Of a DNA stretch of 64,000 nt, positions 1 through 9,784 are shown piece after piece. The position numbers and the translations under genes were made by a program. Positions within the stretch are counted from its first letter, which is position 1. Each line of letters opens with the position of its first letter. The stretch is from Cyanobacteriota bacterium (lineage in GTDB: Bacteria; Cyanobacteriota; Cyanobacteriia; PCC-6307; Cyanobiaceae): the NCBI GenBank assembly GCA_046052125.1, contig JBJOMY010000001.1, positions 608,001-672,000 of the forward strand. Reading direction: 5' to 3'. The notes below the pieces were generated by a model that was not told the DNA's origin, searched no databases, and saw only the letters and a list, made by a program, of their open reading frames with translations.

Positions 1-398
1 AGAGATTGATGAATTTGTAGCTGACTATCCCTTGCTCTGTCAACCCATAGGGCTTCCATCTCAAAGATTAGTTGTGCTCTGAAGATGGCGCGTTGTATGA
101 CATCTTGTGTCGAGTCTGGCGTCCTTCTTGCAGGGAGATAGTGAGGGAGAAATTCTGATTCGCTATCTCCGCGGCATGGGCCGCGACCAGGATCGCTCCC
201 AGCCGAGATCCGCTTTGCAGTCTGCCGCCAAAGAGCAGGCCATCACACCGACGATTCAGAACCCGATCACACCCATGGGGCCTACGCAAGCAACGGTTGA
301 GCCTTCGAAATGGCTCGGACTGCTGTCAGCAACCCTGCATTCTCTTTGCAGACAGCGGCGCTCAAGCGACCTAGAACGATGTGGTTCGCGCATTCAAC

Positions 399-758
399 AT
401 GCTTCGCCAAACCTTTGCTGCCTTCGTCGCTGGAGCAGCCCTGGGCGGTGGATTGGCTGTGCTGCCGGTTTCCGCTGAGGTGTCACTCGACCAGATCCGT
501 GCCGCCAACTTGGCGCGTATGGAGGCTGAGCGCATCAATGGCGGTCTGAGCAAGTACTCCACAGCCAACTGCATGCACCAGAAGGGTGGCGGGAGCTGCA
601 TGGTGAATGCCGGTCCCAGTGGCTTCCTGTTCAACTTCCTCGGAGGCCCTCCGGGCTGGGAGGTGAACAAGCAGGCCGCCACCAAGGAAACCCGCATCCT
701 GATCTCACCGGATGGCACCCGCGTGGTGAAGGTGGATTACAACGGCGCACCGCGCTGA
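399..758 (+). CDS. Secreted hypothetical protein
   Basis: ATG at 399; N-terminal hydrophobic signal-like segment; Cys pair; codon usage looks coding; followed by a hairpin. Confidence 0.7.
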   Translation: MLRQTFAAFVAGAALGGGLAVLPVSAEVSLDQIRAANLARMEAERINGGLSKYSTANCMHQKGGGSCMVNAGPSGFLFNFLGGPPGWEVNKQAATKETRILISPDGTRVVKVDYNGAPR

Positions 759-765
759 AGACAAA

Positions 766-781
766 CGCCCAACATTGGGCG
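766..781. terminator. Short hairpin between convergent genes
   Basis: cgcccaa-ca-ttgggcg inverted repeat between the stops at 758 (+) and 812 (-). Confidence 0.4.
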
Positions 782-811
782 CTTCACCGCCAGGCCTGCC
801 TCTTTTCACGC

Positions 812-1279
812 TCATGGCGTCTGTCGCGCTGGGAGATCTGTGCAGGCCTCTTTCAGCACTTGGATGTAGTCGTTGGCTTTCAGCTGCGCCATCGCACGCG
901 CTTCTGCTTCCCGTTGCCAACGATCGGGCTGCACCAGGGCCTGTAGCTCGATCCGGTCGTCGCGACTGAGGCGAGCCTCGATCTGCTCGGGGCGGAGCCA
1001 CTGTTGCCCCTGCAGGCACAGGCTTTGCACCAGATGCCAGCCCTCATGGCGCAGGGTTCTGCTGCGATCGCCACGCTCACAGACCACCACCGTGCGTGTG
1101 CCGCGCACGTAGAGGCCGTAGAGATCGGGCTCTTGGCAGCGGGGGTGAGCGCTGCTGATCGTCACACCGCGCTCCTGGAAGGCGGCCAGCAACTGACTCC
1201 AGGCCGCCTGATCCGTACGTTCGGACGGACGGAAGAAGGGCAGGCGCAAAACAAAGGCCAGGGCCAGCAGTGCTTGCAT
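812..1279 (-). CDS. Hypothetical protein with HExxH zinc-metalloprotease motif
   Basis: TLRHEGWHLVQ followed by EAEA (third ligand); N-terminal hydrophobic segment. Confidence 0.7.
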   Translation of the reverse strand: MQALLALAFVLRLPFFRPSERTDQAAWSQLLAAFQERGVTISSAHPRCQEPDLYGLYVRGTRTVVVCERGDRSRTLRHEGWHLVQSLCLQGQQWLRPEQIEARLSRDDRIELQALVQPDRWQREAEARAMAQLKANDYIQVLKEACTDLPARQTP

Positions 1280-1704
1280 CAGTGCCCTCCTGTTCTGCGT
1301 GAGAGCTCCTTAATCCGAGGAGACCAGGCCTGGGCGACAGCCAAAGCGGTGGGATCGTTCTCGACCGGCTGCCAACCCCTCGAGACGTTGCCTGGCACGC
1401 GGGTATCGCCGATGCGGTTGAAGCTTCTGTCGCGGCAATCGAGCTGATCACGAAAGAAGGAATGCATTGAACCAGCGGGTGTACCTCCGACCAGGGTCGG
1501 TGGGCTGGAGCCCTGTAGCCAGCAGCTGCCCTGACGGCACTGGAACGTGCCCGGATTGCCTGGATTCAGGCGTGCCGGAGTGGCTGGCCACTCGATCACA
1601 GTGCGCCCCTGATCACCGTTCAGGTGGAGTTGGTGCAGAGAGCTGGCGTCGTAGCTGTACGGGCTCGGTATGCCGGATCTGTTCCACAGAGGTGTTGTCA
1701 GCAT
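1279..1704 (-). CDS. Hypothetical protein
   Basis: ATG at 1704 inside ORF 1279..1818; its stop overlaps the start of the next gene (translational coupling). Confidence 0.5.
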   Translation of the reverse strand: MLTTPLWNRSGIPSPYSYDASSLHQLHLNGDQGRTVIEWPATPARLNPGNPGTFQCRQGSCWLQGSSPPTLVGGTPAGSMHSFFRDQLDCRDRSFNRIGDTRVPGNVSRGWQPVENDPTALAVAQAWSPRIKELSRRTGGH

Positions 1705-1723
1705 CAGCGCCGTGTGTGTTTGG

Positions 1724-2239
1724 TCACTGCGGTGATTGGGACGGCTGGAAGGCGCCGAAGTAACCGGTTGGCTTCCCTGTGGCATCCAGAGTGACCACCT
1801 CCAGGGCATGGCTCCCATCGAGAGGCATGCCGAGCTGGAGGACGGCAGTACCAGTGCGGCATGGCCCGGGCTGCAACGTGAGTTGCACCACGCCAGAGCG
1901 CAGGTTGGTCGTCTTGGGCAGAGATTTCACCGTGTAATCGCTGTCGCAGATGCCATTGGCTTGATTGCCCCAGCGGATGCGGTTGGGTTCAAGGGTGAGC
2001 ACACCGATCACCGCCATTCCTGCAGTGGTGAGGCCCTGCCAGCGCCCCAGATAAACGTTGTCTGTTGCCCAGCCAGGGGGCTTAGGGATCGCGGGGCTGT
2101 GGTTAGCGCGATAGGCCTTCATGGCACCGCCATAGATGGCACCGATCAGATAGCCGCTGCCGTGATACACAGCGGCGGTGAGCCCTGCGGCGATCACAAG
2201 GGCCCACAGCAAGCGCTTCCTGAACGTTTTTGTTACCAA
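1724..2239 (-). CDS. Hypothetical membrane-anchored protein
   Basis: N-terminal TM segment; start overlaps the autotransporter stop. Confidence 0.6.
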   Translation of the reverse strand: MVTKTFRKRLLWALVIAAGLTAAVYHGSGYLIGAIYGGAMKAYRANHSPAIPKPPGWATDNVYLGRWQGLTTAGMAVIGVLTLEPNRIRWGNQANGICDSDYTVKSLPKTTNLRSGVVQLTLQPGPCRTGTAVLQLGMPLDGSHALEVVTLDATGKPTGYFGAFQPSQSPQ

Positions 2240-5200
2240 CGCAGCCTCAGGCCAGCGCCGTAGTTGATTTCATTGCCATTGCTCCAGAAGGCACCACCTA
2301 CGTTGCCATAAAGAGAAAGGGTGTCTGAGGTTTCGTATTCGAGCGACAGGGCCACATCCACGGCATTGGCTCCGCGGTTCTGGCCGAGTACATCGATGGA
2401 GCCAAGAGCGGGCGCCTCCGCAAAGGAAGAGCTGAGTTGGTGCTCCTCGCTCGTGTCGCCATTGAAGTCGTATTCGTAGCCCACGGCCAGGCGCGGGATC
2501 AGGCGTGAGGTCTTACCGGTGATGATCGGCGTTTCCAGCGAGAAGCCGATGCCGTAGATGAGGGAGTCGGCGGTGTGGGCATCCACCTGTAAATCGAGGG
2601 CACCGGCACCGGATTCGGAGAAGCTGCCCTGGTTGTGAAGGGCATAAGAGAGGTAGGTGCGCGGCTTAAGGCGAACGGCTGAGCGGCTGGCTTTGTTGGC
2701 CGAGAGGATCCAGTCGTATTCAGCGGCGAGGGCGGTGGTGAAACCATTACCACTCCAGTTGGCAGTGGCGTTGCGGTTGAGTCCGCCAAAGCTGATGTTG
2801 CGATCAGAGCTGTATTGGAGGTTCATGTAGCCAGCGAGGGCCGTGAACTTCCAGGCTTCTGAGGGCCTGTAGATCCCCCAGGCAGCTCCGGAGTAGGTGT
2901 CGGAATCGATGCGGGTGCTGCTGTATTCGTAGTTGTAGAGGTTGGCGCGACCGTAGCCAAAGGCAGCGCCTGCACTCCAGTTGGGGTTGAAGTCGTACTG
3001 GAGGCCGTAGGAGCTGGAGAAGATGTTGTAGTCGAAGGAAGCGAGATCGTTGGTGCCGTTGAGTGTGGCCTGGGTGTTGGAACCGTCGATCAGGAGCGAC
3101 CAAGGGGTGAGCTTTTGGCGGGTGACGGGGGTGCAATTGTCCGTCTGCAGCTGAGAGTTCTCTGCTGCTGGATCTGATTGCTCAGGTGCCTCGCAGGCTT
3201 GCTCCTCCACAATGAACGGAAGGCGCTGGCTGTTGGTGAGGGCGAGGGTGTTGGAGCGGAACTGCTCGAGCGCTTCTAGCGCCACAGATTGCATCGAGGC
3301 GTAGGGCTCTGCGGTAATCGAGTGGAGCGCCTGATTGAGTTGTTGGCGTGTCGGTACAGCGAAGAGTGCACCGATGACGGTTGCGAAGTCGTCGGGCACC
3401 AGCGCCGCCTTGGCTTGAGTGGTGGTGTAGCCCGTTGTTCCGATCGCTGAACCGCCGGTGACTCCTGAGGTCACAGCAGCACCGATCGAGGCCCAGCCTG
3501 CATCGAGCGTCTTCGCGGTGGTCACCGTGTTTTTGTTGTGGCCTCCAGAACCCGTACCTTTTTTGTTTTGCTGCTGGCAGTTGGCCTGCGATCCACCGTT
3601 AGCGACACATGTGTTGGTGTTGGTGGCTGGTTTACTACTCGAGGCGGTTGTGATCGATCCACCAATCTTCTTCATGGAGTTGATCGTGGGCTTACCTGGA
3701 GTGGCATAGCTAGCCGGATTGATCGGTGTATTGGTTTTAGGATCAAGGGTCAGCCAAGCAAACTGCAGCTTTGTACAGCCTTGTTGCACACTCGGATCAC
3801 TACTTGTACAGATGCTGTAGTACTCACTGGCGCGTTTTCCAATCGTGGCGAACCATGGATTCGTCTCTCGCACAAAAGCCGTACCCGATGAGCCCACGAC
3901 GTTGAGATTGGTATTCAGGCCCAACTCACCGCCAAATGGATTATTACCCGTGACATCAATGGCGGTATAGATCTTGCCAGGAGTAACGGACGCACCGTTG
4001 ACCGAGCTGATATTGAGATTACCACCTAGCAAGATGAGCTCATTGTCACCGCCAATTTTGAGGGTGTCAGACGTCGTACCGTCAACTTGAATCTCTAGAG
4101 TTCCACTAGAAAGCTGAGCATAACTTCCATTGATCGTTAGCGTTCCGAGTTGATTGACTGCCCCAGGCGCCACCTTGCCGAAGTTAAACACATCGCCGGT
4201 GATCGTTCCGGTTCCACCGAGAATGCCACCAGGCTTCACAGTGGTCGTCGAGGACTGGCTAGCGCCATTGATAACAAGGGTTCCAGCGTCAACCGTCGTC
4301 TCACCTGTGTACGTGAGCGTTCCGGAAAGATATTGAGTGAATGCCCCCTTTTTAACCAAGCTGCCTGTTCCGCTAATGGCAGCACTTGAAGCGATCTGAG
4401 ACGCACCGTTCGAGCTGCCATTCAAGGTCAGCGTGTTTGGGCCTAGATCAATGGCTCCATCCAGAGTGATTGCCGATACTGACTGATTGAAACCATCCAG
4501 GGATAGATTGGCGCCACTAACAAGAACAAGCTCGGTTGTAGTAGGGAGGGCGTTGTCTGCGCCGATCTTGAGAGTTACACCTGAAAAGACGGCCGTCAGC
4601 CCTGTATAAGTACTTTGATTGGTCAAAACTATTGTGGCTGGAGATCCTGAATTCTTGAATATGATTCGGCCCTTACCTGCTTGATCAGAGAAGATGCCGC
4701 TGAACGTGGCGCTGTTGCCTGCGAGGTCAACGGCATTCCTCGGCGAGCTATCAAGTGTGAAGTTCTGAACGATTGTGCCGTTATTCTGATCGACTGTGAG
4801 AGTTCCGCCTTGGAAGGCAGGATTGATGCTACTGCCAAGATTTGTCGTTAAGTTGATTCCGCTACCGCCATTGACATTCCCCGTGATCTCGATCGGGAGC
4901 GACTGTGGCGCTGGGGCTGAAGATAGGAATATTGCTGCTAAATCCTGGTTATTACGAAGTAATGTTGATGCTCCGACAGTTCTGGCTTGATTCAGACTGC
5001 CGTCCCATACCTCGCCAGCAACGCTAAAAAAGTTACTGAAACCAGAATATTCCCAGAAAAACGTTGCTCCAAGGCCATTCATGAGCCCCAAGTCGTCTTC
5101 AAATGCAATTGCAAGCTTTCTGGCAAGCTGTTGATTTCGCTTAGTTGGCCCGCTCCCTGATATGAAATTGGCGTCCTGTACTGATGTAAATATTCTTGAG

Positions 5201-5331
5201 GTATAGGTGTACGAAGTTCCGTCGACGACTTTGGTGACCGGATTGGCTACTTGGGCGAAGAGCGGATTCTCGCAGGTCGCGAGAGTTGAGAACAGAATGG
5301 AAGCAAGGAGTCTCTTCTTTTTCATGTGCAT
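2233..5331 (-). CDS. Autotransporter (type Va) with passenger-associated beta-strand repeats
   Basis: 1032 aa; signal peptide; PATR-type repeat GSLVKKGAFTQYLSGTLTYTGETTVDAGTLVING; C-terminal beta-barrel ending YGAGLRLRW. Confidence 0.92.
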   Translation of the reverse strand: MHMKKKRLLASILFSTLATCENPLFAQVANPVTKVVDGTSYTYTSRIFTSVQDANFISGSGPTKRNQQLARKLAIAFEDDLGLMNGLGATFFWEYSGFSNFFSVAGEVWDGSLNQARTVGASTLLRNNQDLAAIFLSSAPAPQSLPIEITGNVNGGSGINLTTNLGSSINPAFQGGTLTVDQNNGTIVQNFTLDSSPRNAVDLAGNSATFSGIFSDQAGKGRIIFKNSGSPATIVLTNQSTYTGLTAVFSGVTLKIGADNALPTTTELVLVSGANLSLDGFNQSVSAITLDGAIDLGPNTLTLNGSSNGASQIASSAAISGTGSLVKKGAFTQYLSGTLTYTGETTVDAGTLVINGASQSSTTTVKPGGILGGTGTITGDVFNFGKVAPGAVNQLGTLTINGSYAQLSSGTLEIQVDGTTSDTLKIGGDNELILLGGNLNISSVNGASVTPGKIYTAIDVTGNNPFGGELGLNTNLNVVGSSGTAFVRETNPWFATIGKRASEYYSICTSSDPSVQQGCTKLQFAWLTLDPKTNTPINPASYATPGKPTINSMKKIGGSITTASSSKPATNTNTCVANGGSQANCQQQNKKGTGSGGHNKNTVTTAKTLDAGWASIGAAVTSGVTGGSAIGTTGYTTTQAKAALVPDDFATVIGALFAVPTRQQLNQALHSITAEPYASMQSVALEALEQFRSNTLALTNSQRLPFIVEEQACEAPEQSDPAAENSQLQTDNCTPVTRQKLTPWSLLIDGSNTQATLNGTNDLASFDYNIFSSSYGLQYDFNPNWSAGAAFGYGRANLYNYEYSSTRIDSDTYSGAAWGIYRPSEAWKFTALAGYMNLQYSSDRNISFGGLNRNATANWSGNGFTTALAAEYDWILSANKASRSAVRLKPRTYLSYALHNQGSFSESGAGALDLQVDAHTADSLIYGIGFSLETPIITGKTSRLIPRLAVGYEYDFNGDTSEEHQLSSSFAEAPALGSIDVLGQNRGANAVDVALSLEYETSDTLSLYGNVGGAFWSNGNEINYGAGLRLRW

Positions 5332-5740
5332 TTTTTGGTTTATACTACTGGGAGGTTGGCAGTCTTGTCGATAAATGACTGATTTTTACTTGTAAACGCC
5401 TAGGCCTTGCGCCCGCTAGATCTGTAGAGCGGAGTGCTAGGGAGTCACCGCAATAACCCCCGTTTTTCTGAGCAAGTCGCAGGACACGCCAGGTTTGGTT
5501 TTTCCTCAGAGTGCTTTGAATGGTGTTCAGCCCTATGTGGCGACACATTATTGTCCAGTCATTTGACAGGCTCTGATAACTCCCACCGAATTGGCAAAGC
5601 AAGGCACAGTCAGTCTTGCCTGCAAGGTAGGTGTTGGTTCAACTTTGCTTGATGAGTGCCTTCGCCACCTAACGCGCACGCCGGCATCTGCGAAACATTG
5701 GTTCGCGTGATGGCAGGCTGTTTGGGTGCAACAATCTTGC

Positions 5741-6319
5741 TCAATAACTATTGCTGCTCACCGGCTTGAACTGCCAGCTGGCTTCTCCAGGCACCAGCTT
5801 GTAGGTGATCGTGCGAATCCCGCCCGTCGGCTTGGCATTGCTGTCGCCGGGGCGGTAGATGGGGAATTTGCGCATCAGGCTGGTTTCCACCACGGCAAAG
5901 CTGTCATGGCCCATGTAGCCCTTGGCCCACTTGCCGGTGAGTTCAGGCATGTTGATTGGCAGGAGCGTGTGGCCTTTGCTCACGGTCCAGGCCTTCACGC
6001 TGCCGTAGCTGCCGCTGCCCGCGCTCGTGGCATAAACCAGGAGTTCAGGCTTGCCGTCGCTGTTGAGATCCTCCACTTCTATTCCCGTGACCCGCCCGTC
6101 GGTTTCAGTCTTCACCGTGGGTAAGGACTTGCCGTTTTCGCTCGCTTTCACCACCAGCTGCTGCAGTGAGCCCTCTCCGGTTGCTTTCACCTGAAAGGTC
6201 ACACCCTGCAAGGAAGCGCTCTGTTGAAACGGTGCGGCCTGAACCGCCGATACCAGGCTCAGGCCAATGCTGGCAGCGAGCAGCCCAGGCAGCAGCGATT
6301 GGCGACTGGAAAGTGTCAT
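5741..6319 (-). CDS. pliI: PliI-family periplasmic inhibitor of I-type lysozyme
   Basis: Signal peptide; DLNSDGKPEL...SAGSGSYG...GYMGHDSF motifs typical of PliI; ATG at 6319. Confidence 0.75.
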   Translation of the reverse strand: MTLSSRQSLLPGLLAASIGLSLVSAVQAAPFQQSASLQGVTFQVKATGEGSLQQLVVKASENGKSLPTVKTETDGRVTGIEVEDLNSDGKPELLVYATSAGSGSYGSVKAWTVSKGHTLLPINMPELTGKWAKGYMGHDSFAVVETSLMRKFPIYRPGDSNAKPTGGIRTITYKLVPGEASWQFKPVSSNSY

Positions 6320-6386
6320 CGGGTGCGTGTGGCTCAACCCACTCTGGTTGCTGTGAGCCCAGTTGCAATCACCTGGTTGGGGGATG

Positions 6387-6611
6387 TCACGTCTTGCGTT
6401 TGGCAGCCGTGATCCCTGCTCCGACAAGGCTGACACTGCTAGCCAGGAGGAGCACTGCGCTCGTTGGGATCAGAAAAAATGGTTCACGCAGAACGCCTTG
6501 CTGGTCAATTTTTGAGCCAATCGCTTTGTAGCTTAGTTGGCAGGCCAGGAACCCGGCAAAGAGGATTCCGGACAGGATCAGCAGTCTCTGGGGCTGAGTG
6601 ACACCTTTCAT
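6387..6611 (-). CDS. DUF3955-like small membrane protein
   Basis: Two TM segments flanking GSKIDQQGVLREPFFLIP. Confidence 0.7.
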   Translation of the reverse strand: MKGVTQPQRLLILSGILFAGFLACQLSYKAIGSKIDQQGVLREPFFLIPTSAVLLLASSVSLVGAGITAAKRKT

Positions 6612-6651
6612 GACTGATCTGCTCTGGTGACTGGGAGGCGGGCTCAAGATG

Positions 6652-7008
6652 TCACATCTTTGATCCGGCCGCTGCATTGAGTGCTTTGCGTTGATCGCCG
6701 AGGCAAACCAGGGTCTCACCTCCTGCCATGGCACTGATTGCGATGCATCCAGACCCGCTCTTGTACGTCCAGCCCTGCGCATCACCTGATCCATTCACGA
6801 TGTAGCGCTCATTGGTGTCACCGTTGTCAACAAAAATGGGGCGACCTGTTTCACCGTTCTGCATCCAGCGGCAATGGAAGAGTGCTGCCGGCAGATCAGT
6901 TGACTTGATGGTGCATGTTGCTCGGTATGACTCTCGGGTAGACTGAGCCAATGAGACCGGTGCCCAGAGAAGAATCGCAGCAGCGATAAGATTGGCGCGC
7001 TTCATCAT
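6652..7008 (-). CDS. Secreted hypothetical protein
   Basis: Signal peptide (MKRANLIAAAILLWAPVSLA); four Cys. Confidence 0.6.
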   Translation of the reverse strand: MMKRANLIAAAILLWAPVSLAQSTRESYRATCTIKSTDLPAALFHCRWMQNGETGRPIFVDNGDTNERYIVNGSGDAQGWTYKSGSGCIAISAMAGGETLVCLGDQRKALNAAAGSKM

Positions 7009-7155
7009 CGTTTCCGCTTGCTTTGTTGGCAGGCTTAGCTTTTGGTTCTTAGGGTAGCGATAGTGGTTGGCGATGTCTGTTACAGCCCCTGGGAAGCGTA
7101 ACGATCTCAGGCTTGGTCAGTTGGAGGCAATGCACCTGGGCTGTCGACCTGTGGC

Positions 7156-7182
7156 AAAAAGCCCCGGGCCGTAGCCCAAGGC
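7156..7182 (-). terminator. Rho-independent terminator
   Basis: Minus strand gccttgggc-tacg-gcccggggc-ttttt, downstream of 7213..7515. Confidence 0.6.
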
Positions 7183-7212
7183 TCATGTGGTGTGCGGCTG
7201 TCTGATTGCCGG

Positions 7213-7515
7213 TCAGCTCTTGGCCGCCCGCACCTCCCAGAACGCCGCCCCCACGCTGTAACTGGCGGCGCCGCTCTGCTGTTCGTAGCTCTGGCGTGCC
7301 TTGAGTTGGCATTCGATCTCTTTGCACTCAATCGAGTAGCTCCACTGCTTGCGGCCGGGGCGAGGGTTGAGACCGAGATCCGGAGTGATCTGGTAGCCAG
7401 TGCCGTCTTTACCGGTAGGCAGGAGGGTGAGCAGATCACCGCGTAGGTGCGCCAGGCGCAGTTGTTCGTTCAGTTCTTTCTGCTCGTTTGCCAGGAGCTC
7501 CTGCTGTTGCTTCAC
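7213..7515 (-). CDS. Hypothetical protein (possibly 5'-truncated)
   Basis: Coding-like composition with a coiled-coil N-terminus; followed by a terminator. Confidence 0.5.
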   Translation of the reverse strand: MKQQQELLANEQKELNEQLRLAHLRGDLLTLLPTGKDGTGYQITPDLGLNPRPGRKQWSYSIECKEIECQLKARQSYEQQSGAASYSVGAAFWEVRAAKS

Positions 7516-8289
7516 CTCAAAAAGGGCAGGTCAGGCAACTGGTGATGGTGTTAGTGGAGGAATGGTGGCTCCTGTTTTGGCCTCATGCCGCAGTATCTGG
7601 AGTGGGCGCTGGGCTGCGAAGGAGAGCGATGTCAAAAAACCGACGAGAGATCGGATTAATCAATAGGCCTGAATACGGTTCCAAAAAACCTGTGAGATTT
7701 CCCGAGCTACTGCTCAGATGGAAGATAACCAGCCATCGGGGCGGGGGAGGTCTGCACTCAAGCGCCGGAACCGACACCCAGAGTTGAGGCTCTGTCAGCT
7801 AGTGTAGAAGCAAGCTTTATCTGTTCCAGGATCAGGTGCCATAACCAGGCCCATGATCTCTTTGAACAACAAGCCCCTCCAATCCTGTCGCCCCGATTGA
7901 GTTCTCAGGGATTGAGCTCCAGCGGGGCACGCGCAAAGCACGCAAATGGGCTCACCCCGTAGCGCCCCGTTCAGCCTCAGCCCACCGGATCAACGCCCAC
8001 CATTCCGGCACCGACGTCCTCAGATACCCGCACAGCACAAGCCGATCGAACAGCTATCTACAGCTGGATCGTTGCGCTAGCGAATCGACATCAGAGCCAG
8101 CCGCCGCACAGCCTCATCGGTGGGAGGGGGGGGGGGGGACGCGGTGAACCACGGCCGCAAGCCAAGACCCGGACCCAACAACCCTCAACTGCCCACTTGC
8201 CTGGGGGTTTTGTTGTCTCAGCACCGCTGAGCTCAGGTGGGAGGCCTTCATCGGGTACGGCAAGGTGGGGCTTTCGTGCCAGCTGATCG

Positions 8290-9147
8290 ATGCGCCGCCG
8301 TCAGGTTCTAAAGCTGCTGACAATCGGCGTGTTCGTGGCTCTAGGAGCCTTCCAGGTAGCCAGCGCTGCACCTAAAGAATCCGTTCGTTTTCTGGCAGTG
8401 GCCGATACGGGAAGCGGCAATGCCAACCAGCTGGCCGTTGGGGCCCAAATGGCAGCAGTGCACCGCCAGCGCCCCGTGGATTTGGTGGTGCTAGGGGGCG
8501 ACAACATCTACCCCTCTGGAGACATGGCTCTAGTTGAGACCACATTTCTTCGCCCCTACGCCGAATTGTTAGCGGCCAAGGTGCCATTCCATGCGGTACT
8601 GGGCAACCACGACATCCGCACCGCCAATGGCGATCCACAGGTGGCCTACAAGCCGTTTGGAATGAACGGTCGCTTCTACAGCCTCCGCCGTGGCGATCTG
8701 GAGCTGTTCATGCTCGATACCAATGTCAACGCCGATTGGACCGCTCAGTTGCGTTGGATGCGCTCAGCCCTGGGCGCCAGCAAAGCCACCTGGAAAGTGG
8801 TGGTAGGACACCACCCGATTTATTCCTCAGGCATGTATGGCAACGATCCCGAGCTCCGGAGCAGGATCGCGTCATTGATGCAGCACAACGGAGTTCAGCT
8901 TTACATCAACGGACACGAGCACAATTACGAGCGGAGCCGTCCTATCGATGGCATCACCTACCTGGTAGTCGGTGGCGGAGGTGCCGAGCTGCGCCCCATT
9001 CTTCCGACCGACCAGAGCGCCCGTGCTGTGAGCGCGTACAGCTTTGCAGAGATCGAAGCGGGACCCAAAGAACTCAGCGTGATGGCCTGGAAGAGCAACG
9101 GAGAACTCATCGACCGCGCCGTGATTGCGCATCGCCCTGGGGAATAG
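8290..9147 (+). CDS. Metallophosphoesterase (calcineurin-like / purple acid phosphatase type), probably exported
   Basis: DTG, GDNIY, GNHD, GHHP and GHEH motifs; Tat-like MRRRQVL leader. Confidence 0.9.
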   Translation: MRRRQVLKLLTIGVFVALGAFQVASAAPKESVRFLAVADTGSGNANQLAVGAQMAAVHRQRPVDLVVLGGDNIYPSGDMALVETTFLRPYAELLAAKVPFHAVLGNHDIRTANGDPQVAYKPFGMNGRFYSLRRGDLELFMLDTNVNADWTAQLRWMRSALGASKATWKVVVGHHPIYSSGMYGNDPELRSRIASLMQHNGVQLYINGHEHNYERSRPIDGITYLVVGGGGAELRPILPTDQSARAVSAYSFAEIEAGPKELSVMAWKSNGELIDRAVIAHRPGE

Positions 9148-9357
9148 GCGGCTCACACTGCACCCAACTGCGGCAGCCTGAGTGAGTGAAAGTGTGAAAA
9201 CAAAAAGAGTTCACGAGTATTTCTCTCAAGGGCTCCAGTCACATTTAGTCAGAGCCTCAGCCAGGCTCAGTCACCTATCAACCAGAAGAGCGGATTTGGC
9301 TGGTTGCAGGTCAAGGAGCACTGCTGCTCTGACCTCCTCCCACACACCCAAGCAGTC

Positions 9358-9777
9358 ATGAACCCTTCTGCTTCCCGTTCTCACCGCCTGAGCTCTGCAG
9401 TGCGACTTGGCCTTGCTCTTGCAGCCACAGCTGCCGCCTTGATTCCACACGCGGCATCAGCGCGGCCCTGGCCGATCCCCCGGACCAGTTGGACTGGCAG
9501 CGTTCAGGACTATCCCGCACCCACAGCACCGCCACGGCCCTGGTGGAACCCTGCAGCGAACAGTGGCGATCAGGCCTACGCCACGCCACCGCTCACTCCC
9601 GAGCAACAGATCCAGCGCTGCAACACCGGTCGACTGATCGGCGGCCTCGGCGGTGGGGCGGTGGCCTACGCCATGTCGCGCGATGATGGCCGGGCCTGGG
9701 CGATTCCCCTTGGCGCACTGCTCGGCTCACAGGTGGGGTGCAACGCGGCGGCCGGCCGAGGTCCGCTGCCCTGGTGA
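9358..9777 (+). CDS. Glycine-zipper 2TM domain protein
   Basis: Signal peptide; CNTGRLIGGLGGGAVAY...WAIPLGALLGSQVGC. Confidence 0.75.
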   Translation: MNPSASRSHRLSSAVRLGLALAATAAALIPHAASARPWPIPRTSWTGSVQDYPAPTAPPRPWWNPAANSGDQAYATPPLTPEQQIQRCNTGRLIGGLGGGAVAYAMSRDDGRAWAIPLGALLGSQVGCNAAAGRGPLPW

Positions 9778-9784
9778 GGAGCTC

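Noticed and set aside
5640..7515. Integron cassette array (short co-oriented genes; a CCTAAC at about 5668)
   Set aside because: No paired RYYYAAC...GTTRRRY attC structures seen between the genes, and no intI in the window.
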